A stretch of 64,000 nucleotides of DNA from contig CAXXYH010000003.1 in NCBI GenBank assembly GCA_963677925.2, positions 1,696,001 to 1,760,000 on the forward strand, in the 5' to 3' direction. This stretch comes from Spirochaetia bacterium (GTDB lineage: Bacteria > Spirochaetota > Spirochaetia > UBA9216). A model generated the notes under the pieces. The model was given only the letters and a program-made list of their open reading frames with translations. It ran no database searches and was not told the origin of the DNA. This document shows, piece by piece, positions 56,713 through 64,000 of the stretch; the first letter of the stretch is position 1; every line of letters begins with the position of its first letter. The position numbers and the translations under genes are program-made.

Positions 56713-58251
56713 TTATCTTCCTAGAAATTTCGCAGCGTCCTGAGCCGCGAACCTTCCTGAATTAACAGCCCAGCCCTGACATGAGCCTGCGCTGATTACA
56801 ACATCGTAAGAATCACCGTAAATAGCATTTGAATCAGTTCCAATAGCATAGAGCCCGGGAATTACCTCTCCTTCTGTACTGATAACCTGGGCATTTTCAT
56901 TAACCTTCAGCCCTCCGACAGTTGTAAAATATCCTACCGCCAGTTCAAACGCATACCACGGACCTGATGTCATCGGTTTCAGGAATTCAGCAGGCTTACC
57001 GAATGTTTCATCACTTCCATTTTCACAATAGCTGTTATAGATATCCATGGTTTCATTCAGGGTGTCAGCATCAACGCCAATCTGTGCAGATAATTCTTCC
57101 AGTGAAGGAGCTATCTGAATTCCCTCATTCCCCAGTTCAAGCTGGTCATCGATCAGTCCATAGAGATCTGTAAGTTTTGCACCCGGAAGCGTATAGGCTC
57201 CCGCACCTGCAATGCAGCCTTCCTCTACCCAGTAATCAAGGCTGGCCTTGTCTATGATACTGAAAACCTTCTTCTGATTACTCATTGCATTTCCATAGAA
57301 AGAAAAGTTCTGACCGGCAATGCTCTCATCGGCAAATCTTTCACCATCCTGGTTGATACATACCATTGTGGGCTGGAATGATGAAGCGGCAAAAAGGTGA
57401 TTACCAAAGGGTATACCGCGAAGGTTACCCCCGTAAAACATTGCTGTTCCAAGATGAAAGGTATCAGCACCAGCGCTTATTCCCATATTGATACCGTCTC
57501 CGGTTCTTCCCGGTATTCCCATCTGCATGGTGCTTTCAGGTGGAACACCTACATATTTTTCCATCATTTCCGGATTATCCGAGTAACCTCCGGTGGCGAG
57601 AATTACAACGGGAGCCTCGATACTGAGTTGTTCCCCGGCCCTGGTTTCAGCGATAACGCCTTTTATCACACCATCCTCAACTACAAGGTCTTTGCCGGGA
57701 GTTTCGAGCAGAATTTTAACACCAGCTTTTTTTGCGGCTTCGTTCATTGAATGAATATATCCCTCACCAAGACCGTCAAAGATATGCCAGGTTTTTACTG
57801 AATCGCCCATGCTGATTACAGCCTGGAATTTCACCCCCAACGCCTGAAGCCATTCAATTGAACCTGCAGATTCATCAAAAAACCGGTGAAGCACCTTGCT
57901 GTCTGAAAGCCAGTGGTTATACTGCTGTACTCTGCGGAACAGGTCAATTTTGTCAATTTCAATACCCGCCTCTTTCTGCATATCTGAATCCACGGCAAAC
58001 ATGCCTTCAGCCATCAGGGTTGTTCCGCCGACAAATCCGTTTTTTTCAAGCAGAATTACATCCAGCCCGAGCATTGCCGCCTGTGTAGCAGATGACAGTC
58101 CTGCACCGCCTGCGCCTACAACAACAACATCCGCTTTAAGATCGGGAGTACCCAGACTTGCTTTTTTTTCTGTTGTTGAGCATGACACAATAACAACTGT
58201 CCCTGTCAGGATCACAGCTACAACAGCAGCTGCTTTTAGAAGCTTTTTCAT
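56713..58251 (-). CDS. Lipoprotein FAD-dependent oxidoreductase (flavocytochrome c / FAD_binding_2 family)
   Basis: Lipobox IVSC, VVVVGAGGAGL, ILATGG, TGDGI, GERFADE, GGLKVN, PGLYAIG. Confidence 0.88.
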   Translation of the reverse strand: MKKLLKAAAVVAVILTGTVVIVSCSTTEKKASLGTPDLKADVVVVGAGGAGLSSATQAAMLGLDVILLEKNGFVGGTTLMAEGMFAVDSDMQKEAGIEIDKIDLFRRVQQYNHWLSDSKVLHRFFDESAGSIEWLQALGVKFQAVISMGDSVKTWHIFDGLGEGYIHSMNEAAKKAGVKILLETPGKDLVVEDGVIKGVIAETRAGEQLSIEAPVVILATGGYSDNPEMMEKYVGVPPESTMQMGIPGRTGDGINMGISAGADTFHLGTAMFYGGNLRGIPFGNHLFAASSFQPTMVCINQDGERFADESIAGQNFSFYGNAMSNQKKVFSIIDKASLDYWVEEGCIAGAGAYTLPGAKLTDLYGLIDDQLELGNEGIQIAPSLEELSAQIGVDADTLNETMDIYNSYCENGSDETFGKPAEFLKPMTSGPWYAFELAVGYFTTVGGLKVNENAQVISTEGEVIPGLYAIGTDSNAIYGDSYDVVISAGSCQGWAVNSGRFAAQDAAKFLGR

Positions 58252-58347
58252 AATTAGTTTTCCTCCATATCTATATTAGATAAAAAATAATCTATATCTT
58301 TTATAACCGATAAATTCTTATCCGTAAAATTAATTATACCGTTTGAA

Positions 58348-58366
58348 TAATCGGTTTAACCGATTA
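58348..58366. promoter_or_regulatory. LysR-type operator TAATCGGTT-T-AACCGATTA
   Basis: Perfect 9-1-9 palindrome containing T-N11-A in the divergent intergenic region. Confidence 0.7.
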
Positions 58367-58424
58367 CTGAGTTGACCTTATTTAAATTTCGAACTATTTT
58401 AGTGTCCCCGAAGGAGCAAAAACA

Positions 58425-59312
58425 GTGGATACACACAGAATGAAATGCTTTCTAAGCCTTGCTGAAGAACTTCATTTTTCAAAGGCAGCAGAGAAGCAGT
58501 GCCTGGCACAGTCTTCAATGAGTCAGCAGATCCAGAATCTTGAGGAAGAACTTGGAGTTAAGCTGTTCATTCGAAACAACAGGAAGGTTCTGCTTACGAC
58601 AGCAGGTGAGTACCTTCAGAAAGAATTCACCAGGCTGCTGGAGAATTATGAAGCAGTAACAAATGAAGTACGTAAAATAGACGGTCAGAGAAAGAACAAT
58701 CTGAACATCGGCTACCATGGTCCATTCAACTGGAAATTTCTCAATTCCATCCTGCAGACATTCAGGCCCGCACATCCGCAGATAAGGTTATCTCTGATGA
58801 TGGAAAACTGGGGTGAAATCATCAGCAAACTGATAACCAAGGAAATAGATGCAGGTTTCATTGAAGGTGCTGAACTTGATGAGAATAAGCAGATAGCTAA
58901 ATCATTCCTGATGAGGGATTATGTCTGCTTCGCCCTTCACCGCTCACATCCGCTTGCCGGCAGATCAATTCTAAACTCCAGGGACATTATTAATGAACCT
59001 CTTGTAATGGTAGATACTGCTATCGGGAAAAAAAGTATTGAAAAAATACATCAGCGGCTTATAAAGGGAGGCATAGATCTGTACAAGGGCTCTCTGATGA
59101 AAAACTTCGAAAGCTGTATGGCCATGGTGGCCTCAGGTGTTGCAATTTCTCCCATGCCGCGATCATTCAAGCAGACAGATCAGAGCGAAATTGTTTTTAT
59201 AGATTATGACAGTGAAGACGCCTTCGTGGAGATCTATGCTGTATGGCTTAAAGATAATCACAGCCCGGCACTGACCAATTTTATCGAACATCTGGCCAGC
59301 ATAGATAATTAG
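58425..59312 (+). CDS. LysR-family transcriptional regulator
   Basis: LHFSKAAEK..QSSMSQQIQNLEEELGVKLFIR..LTTAG. Confidence 0.94.
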   Translation: MDTHRMKCFLSLAEELHFSKAAEKQCLAQSSMSQQIQNLEEELGVKLFIRNNRKVLLTTAGEYLQKEFTRLLENYEAVTNEVRKIDGQRKNNLNIGYHGPFNWKFLNSILQTFRPAHPQIRLSLMMENWGEIISKLITKEIDAGFIEGAELDENKQIAKSFLMRDYVCFALHRSHPLAGRSILNSRDIINEPLVMVDTAIGKKSIEKIHQRLIKGGIDLYKGSLMKNFESCMAMVASGVAISPMPRSFKQTDQSEIVFIDYDSEDAFVEIYAVWLKDNHSPALTNFIEHLASIDN

Positions 59313-59345
59313 GCTGACCGCCGCAGTTATAAAAGCGGTCAGCCC
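59312..59345. terminator. Hairpin between convergent LysR and FG-GAP genes
   Basis: GGCTGACCGC...GCGGTCAGCC 10-bp stem. Confidence 0.65.
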
Positions 59346-59352
59346 TCCTTAA

Positions 59353-60930
59353 TCAGTAAATACTGAACATATACATAGAGCCTGTGTCCTCTTCGACACC
59401 GTCATCATCGTCAGATACACCGATCAAGGCAAAGCCGTCTGCAATTAAAGCGAACATACCGAAGTAATCGCTTTCTGCAGGCTCCGCAGCTGAGAGCTTT
59501 TCAACCTGGCCCCAATTCTCAGCTCCTCCCTCATTACGGTAATACACATAAGCAGCACCGGCATCAGCTTCACCATCAACATCAGCCTGATACGCGCTGA
59601 CAACCGCATAATCTCCGGATATTGAGCAGGGCCAGCCGAAGTAATCATCTTCAGCCCCGTCGGAAGCGGTAATCTTTGTAACCAGACCCCAGTTATCTGT
59701 TCCGCCCTGATTCCGAAAAAAATATGCGGCACCGGAATCATCTGCAGCTTCGGTATCGCCGGTGGCTCCAACCAGTAAATCATCGCCTGAAAGACAGACA
59801 CTTTCTCCAAAATGATAGCCACCGTCAGCAGCAGCTCCCGGGCTTAAAGTTGCAACACTGCCCCAGCGGTCCGGTCCGTTCTTATCTCTGAAATAAACAT
59901 AGACCTCTCCGGCATCCCCTGCATAGAAATCACCCATAGCAGCATAGGCTCCTGAAATTGATATGCTTAAGCCAAGATGATGGTTCGCAACAGGTGTTGA
60001 AGCTTCCAGAATTGCAATTTCACCCCAGTTATCAGTACCCCCTTCATTTTTTCCAAGAACATAAGCCGCTCCGGATGAGGACGTTGAGTTTGCGGAACCG
60101 TCATAGCCGTAGGCTCCTACCAGTGCATAATTACCGGACATGGAAACACGGACTCCAAAATAATCTGACGCCTCAGCATCCGAAGCAGTAATTTTCTTAA
60201 CCTGCCCCCAGTTATCTGTTCCGCCCTGGTTCCTGTAAAAAATATAGACAGCCCCTGTATAAGAATTGTCGCCATAGGCACCTACAATCAGAATATCACC
60301 TTCTGCCGCCAGAGATTTTCCGAACTGCTGGCCTGCTGAAGGAACAGTAGCAGGAGGAACAACAGAAGTGATTTTCTTTACAAACCCCCATGTATTATCT
60401 CCTCCCTCATTCCGCTGGTATATAAAAACAGCACCGGTTCTTTGAACAGTAGAACTGTGATCAGCTCCGGCCGCACCTACAAAAAGAAAATCATCGGTTA
60501 TTGCAATTGCATCTCCGTAGTAATCATCTGTAGCCGGATATTCAGCGAACTTAAGCTGATGTACATATAAACAACAATCGGCAGTGAAACCTCCATCCTC
60601 CGAAGCGGCTGTTACGACGGCACTGCCGACACCTCCGGCCGCTGTAACAAGACCGGTCTCCGAAACAGTAACGATGGAAGTATCGCTGCTGCTCCAAATA
60701 ATATTTGTGTTCTCAGCATCAGCCGGTTCTATAGTTGCAGTCAGCTGCTGTTCTCCATAATCAAAAAGAGCGGCCTCGGAATAATTCAGACTTATTCCTG
60801 TCACCGATATTGTTGTATTCTCCGGATTTTCGCCATCCGGACCGACCTCCGGATCGGGCTCACATGAGAACATGGACAATGCTGATATGAATGCTGTCAG
60901 CAGCAGTAAAACTGATATTCTGTTTTTCAT
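59353..60930 (-). CDS. Surface lipoprotein with a Big_2 Ig-like domain and FG-GAP (integrin-like beta-propeller) repeats
   Basis: Lipobox MFSC; VTGISL..QLTATIEP..WSSSD; ~7 repeats of FG..SISGD..VGA..GAAY..RN.GG.DNWG. Confidence 0.85.
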   Translation of the reverse strand: MKNRISVLLLLTAFISALSMFSCEPDPEVGPDGENPENTTISVTGISLNYSEAALFDYGEQQLTATIEPADAENTNIIWSSSDTSIVTVSETGLVTAAGGVGSAVVTAASEDGGFTADCCLYVHQLKFAEYPATDDYYGDAIAITDDFLFVGAAGADHSSTVQRTGAVFIYQRNEGGDNTWGFVKKITSVVPPATVPSAGQQFGKSLAAEGDILIVGAYGDNSYTGAVYIFYRNQGGTDNWGQVKKITASDAEASDYFGVRVSMSGNYALVGAYGYDGSANSTSSSGAAYVLGKNEGGTDNWGEIAILEASTPVANHHLGLSISISGAYAAMGDFYAGDAGEVYVYFRDKNGPDRWGSVATLSPGAAADGGYHFGESVCLSGDDLLVGATGDTEAADDSGAAYFFRNQGGTDNWGLVTKITASDGAEDDYFGWPCSISGDYAVVSAYQADVDGEADAGAAYVYYRNEGGAENWGQVEKLSAAEPAESDYFGMFALIADGFALIGVSDDDDGVEEDTGSMYMFSIY

Positions 60931-61022
60931 TTAGTTTTTCTCCTGAATGTTTTTTGATACTCAGATTTTAGGCTATTCAGGAGGATACTTAATGGTAAAT
61001 GAGTCCATATGGACTTATTTAT

Positions 61023-61052
61023 AAAAAAGCCGGCCCGGGGGACGGGCCGGCC
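61023..61052 (-). terminator. Intrinsic terminator after hydA
   Basis: GCCGGCCCG / CGGGCCGGC stem followed by TTTTTT on the minus strand. Confidence 0.8.
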
Positions 61053-61058
61053 GAAAAC

Positions 61059-62786
61059 TCAGTTCAAAGGTTTTCTGTCTGTGTAGCTTGTGTGAAGCAA
61101 ATGGTGGGATTTTTCACCTAACGGCTTTATAAGATATTCCGAATACAATTTGTGGATATCCGGATTCTCGTGTGATTTCCTAAGTGCCATCTGGCCGTCT
61201 ACACGGTAGAGCGCCTTAATACGCTCCTCCCGCTTTGCATTGGTTGTGCCGTATGGCTGTCCGCCTCCTCCGATGCATCCGCCGGGGCAGCACATTACTT
61301 CTATGAAAGAATAATCTGAATCACCGGCTTTTATGGATTCCATGATTTTCTTAGCATGGGAAAGTCCGTGGGCCACTGCCACATTAACCTTCTGACCGTT
61401 AAGGTCTACCGAAGCCTCCTTGACGCCTTCCATACCGCGGACAACATCAAAATCAAGCTTATCAAGCTTCTTTTCGGTTACAACTTCATAAACAGTCCGG
61501 AGGGCGGCTTCCATTACGCCCCCAGTTGCACCGAAGATTGCGGCAGCTCCTGTAGACATTCCAAGCGGCGAGTCGTATTCGCTTAAAGGAATGGAATCAA
61601 AATCAATCCCCTGGGAACGCAGCATCCTGCCGAGTTCCCTTGTTGTAAGGGCAACATCAACATCCTGATATCCGCTGTCGTTCATCTCGGGTCTCTGAGC
61701 CTCATACTTCTTTGCTGTACAGGGCATAATTGAAACAACAAACATCTTTTCAGGCGGTATGCCGACCTTCTCTGCATAATATGTCTTTGCTATAGCTCCG
61801 AACATCTGCTGAGGCGACTTGCATGAAGACACATGGGGAAGAAGTTCGGGGTAATTGAGTTCTATAAAATTAATCCACCCGGGACTGCAGGAAGTAAGCA
61901 TTGGAAGTACTCCGCCGTTTGTTATACGGTGCAGGAGTTCATGTCCTTCTTCCATAATGGTCAGATCAGCCGAAAAATCGGTATCAAAGACCTTATCAAA
62001 ACCGAGGTTCCTGAGGGCTCCGACAAGTTTACCGGTACTGATGGAACCTGCCGGAAGTCCGAACTCCTCTGCGATGGAAACTCTGATAGAAGGAGCGGTC
62101 TGGACTACTACGTGGAGGTCCGGATCGTCGATAGCATCCCAGACCTTCTGAGTTTCATCTTTTTCAAAGATCGCGCCTACCGGGCAGGCAAGGACACACT
62201 GACCGCAGAGGACACAGGAAACCTCGGATAACTGCTTTCCGTATTCCGGAGACACACAGATATCTGTACTTCTGTTATGGCTGTAGAGAACTCCTACTTC
62301 CTGAACATGATGGCAGACCTCAGCACATCTTCCACATTTAATGCACTTGTTCATGTCACGTACAAGTGATGTAGTTGAAAGATCGACAGGCAGAAGTTTT
62401 TCACTCTTCTCGGCCTGAATATTGGTAATGCCGAGCCGGTCAGTCAGCTGCCTGAGTTCACAGTTGCCGTTTCTGACACAGGTTGGACATTCCTGCGGAT
62501 GATCCGCCAGAATAAGCTCTACAACCGTCTTAACCGTTTCTCTTACACGCGGAGAATTCGTTGTGATACTCATTCCTTCTTCAACCGGAGTTGAGCAGGA
62601 AGCTGCCAGGTTTTTACGTCCTTCGACTTCAACAACACAAACCCTGCAGTTGCCCTTAACCTTCTGGTCGGGATGATGACAGAGGCTTGGCAGAGTTATA
62701 CCATTCTGCCTGGCCGCTTCCATTACTGTTATTCCTTCAGGGACAGCAACCCTGTTTCCGTTTAATTTAATTTCCAGTTTTTTCAT
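61059..62786 (-). CDS. hydA: [FeFe] hydrogenase catalytic subunit (group A, HydA/HndD type)
   Basis: [2Fe-2S], His-ligated and 2x[4Fe-4S] motifs; TSCSPGW, MPCTAKKYE, EVMCCPGGCIGGGG; RKSHEN..LLHT. Confidence 0.95.
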   Translation of the reverse strand: MKKLEIKLNGNRVAVPEGITVMEAARQNGITLPSLCHHPDQKVKGNCRVCVVEVEGRKNLAASCSTPVEEGMSITTNSPRVRETVKTVVELILADHPQECPTCVRNGNCELRQLTDRLGITNIQAEKSEKLLPVDLSTTSLVRDMNKCIKCGRCAEVCHHVQEVGVLYSHNRSTDICVSPEYGKQLSEVSCVLCGQCVLACPVGAIFEKDETQKVWDAIDDPDLHVVVQTAPSIRVSIAEEFGLPAGSISTGKLVGALRNLGFDKVFDTDFSADLTIMEEGHELLHRITNGGVLPMLTSCSPGWINFIELNYPELLPHVSSCKSPQQMFGAIAKTYYAEKVGIPPEKMFVVSIMPCTAKKYEAQRPEMNDSGYQDVDVALTTRELGRMLRSQGIDFDSIPLSEYDSPLGMSTGAAAIFGATGGVMEAALRTVYEVVTEKKLDKLDFDVVRGMEGVKEASVDLNGQKVNVAVAHGLSHAKKIMESIKAGDSDYSFIEVMCCPGGCIGGGGQPYGTTNAKREERIKALYRVDGQMALRKSHENPDIHKLYSEYLIKPLGEKSHHLLHTSYTDRKPLN

Positions 62787-64000
62787 TATGCAGTCACCCT
62801 TCTCTCTTCTTCTGAAATATAATCAGCGGCCGCATCAAGATATTCCTGTCTGTAATATTCCAGTGAAGATTTAAGACTGTTTCCAGCTGCCTGTCCAAGA
62901 CCGCAGAATGAAGCCTCCTGCATTGCACGGGTATAGCGTTCCAGTTTGTCAATATCTTCAACAAAAGCTTCTCCGCGCTCGAGTCTCTCAAGGATGATAT
63001 CAGCCTGCCTTAACCCCTCTCTGCACGGCGTGCATTTACCGCAGCTTTCATGAAGGAAAAAGCGGACTCTGTTATTAACATTTTCCAGAATAGATCTCGT
63101 ATCATCAAGAACAAACACAGCTCCCGAACCGATAGTAATATCTTCTTCTGCACAGGTTCCGTATTCAAGTGGAATATCAAGCTTTTCAGGCGGAACAAGA
63201 ATGCCGGAAGCTCCTCCGATATTGACTGCTTTGATAGTTCTGCCTGACTTGGGACCTCCGCCGTATTCATGGATGATGTCAGAAATCTTTGTACCGAATG
63301 GTACTTCATACAATCCCCTGTTGTTTACATCGCCCGAAAGGGAAATCAGTTTTGTGCCCGGACTGTCACTTGTGCCGATACTTCTGTACCATTGTGCACC
63401 GTTCGACATAATCGGCGACAGATTGGAAAGTGTTTCCACGTTGTTTATCAGGGTCGGATGCCCCCAGAGTCCGGAAGTTGTAGGATAAGGCGGTTTAAGC
63501 CGCGGACGACCCTTTTTGCCCTCTATTGAGTTAAGCAGAGCTGTTTCCTCTCCGCAGAGGTAGCTGCCTGCACCGCTGAAAATTTCAAGTTTAAGCGAGA
63601 ATCCGCTGCCAAGAATGTTCTCACCAAGCAGCCCGTTACGCTCAGCCTCGTTTATCGCATCCTGTATTCTTGCTCTGGCTTCCGGGTATTCATGTCTGAC
63701 ATATATGTAACCCTGTTCGGTTCCGGCAATATATGCAGCAATTGTAATTCCCTCAAGAAGCTGGAAAGGCAGATGTGTCATTATAAAGCGATCCTTGAAT
63801 GTTCCGGGTTCGCCTTCATCCGCGTTGCAGATAATATATCTGAACTTATCTGCAGTGTTTCTCACCATGTTCAGTTTAACACCGGTTGGAAAAGCAGCAC
63901 CTCCTCTGCCTCTCAAACCTGATTCCCTGATAACATCCAGTGATTTGGCAGGTCCCTTCTTAACCGCCGTCTTAAGACCGTTATACCCGCCCCGTGATTT
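62786..64000 (-). CDS. hydB: NuoF-like NADH/FMN-binding hydrogenase subunit (5' end outside the window)
   Basis: Frame open to the window edge; SGLRGRGGAAFPTG, NADEGEPGTFKDR, YLCGEETAL, ESCGKCTPCREG, FCGLG. Confidence 0.92.
   Translation of the reverse strand, partial: KSRGGYNGLKTAVKKGPAKSLDVIRESGLRGRGGAAFPTGVKLNMVRNTADKFRYIICNADEGEPGTFKDRFIMTHLPFQLLEGITIAAYIAGTEQGYIYVRHEYPEARARIQDAINEAERNGLLGENILGSGFSLKLEIFSGAGSYLCGEETALLNSIEGKKGRPRLKPPYPTTSGLWGHPTLINNVETLSNLSPIMSNGAQWYRSIGTSDSPGTKLISLSGDVNNRGLYEVPFGTKISDIIHEYGGGPKSGRTIKAVNIGGASGILVPPEKLDIPLEYGTCAEEDITIGSGAVFVLDDTRSILENVNNRVRFFLHESCGKCTPCREGLRQADIILERLERGEAFVEDIDKLERYTRAMQEASFCGLGQAAGNSLKSSLEYYRQEYLDAAADYISEEERRVTA

Noticed and set aside
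56642-59359. 8-bp direct repeat ATCAGTAA flanking the flavoprotein-LysR pair, one copy on the FG-GAP stop codon
   Set aside because: Resembles the 14-bp case but is short enough to arise by chance in AT-rich DNA; needs an empty-site genome
59680-60240. Repeated DNA CCCCAGTTATCTGTTCCGCCCTG as a possible CRISPR or DGR repeat
   Set aside because: In-frame coding repeats of FG-GAP blades; no spacers, cas genes or reverse transcriptase
61870-61900. HydA L1 motif TSCSP instead of TSCCP
   Set aside because: A variant I recall from other multimeric group A hydrogenases; not evidence of novelty or inactivity

Overview
Chromosomal window of an anaerobic bacterium, most likely a free-living spirochaete (inferred from a Borrelia-type Cys-free S4, tRNA-Arg(UCG) and spirochaete-like hypothetical proteins). 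Core content: partial MCP, topB, trmH, rarA, rpsD, five tRNAs, tig-clpP-clpX-lon, nrnA, rdgB, pepF, a MalK/MsmX ATPase and sppA. Main points of interest: (1) a corrinoid methyltransferase module (PocR-AraC regulator, compact cobalamin riboswitch, corrinoid protein, UroD/MtaA-family methyltransferase fused to a CxxC thioredoxin-like domain, CobW-like GTPase, RACo activator) with only one methyltransferase; (2) a 7.4-kb cassette (two-component system + TRAP transporter + DUF169) bounded by an exact 14-bp direct repeat, with no mobility gene; (3) a partner-switching kinase paired with an atypical [FeFe]-hydrogenase-like protein, and an NADH-linked [FeFe] hydrogenase with non-bifurcating signatures; (4) a recurring leaderless promoter-ATG architecture, unannotated micro-ORFs, a candidate ATA start codon and several operator-like sites. 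No CRISPR array, rRNA, integrase or transposase was seen. All calls were made by reading motifs manually, without database searches.
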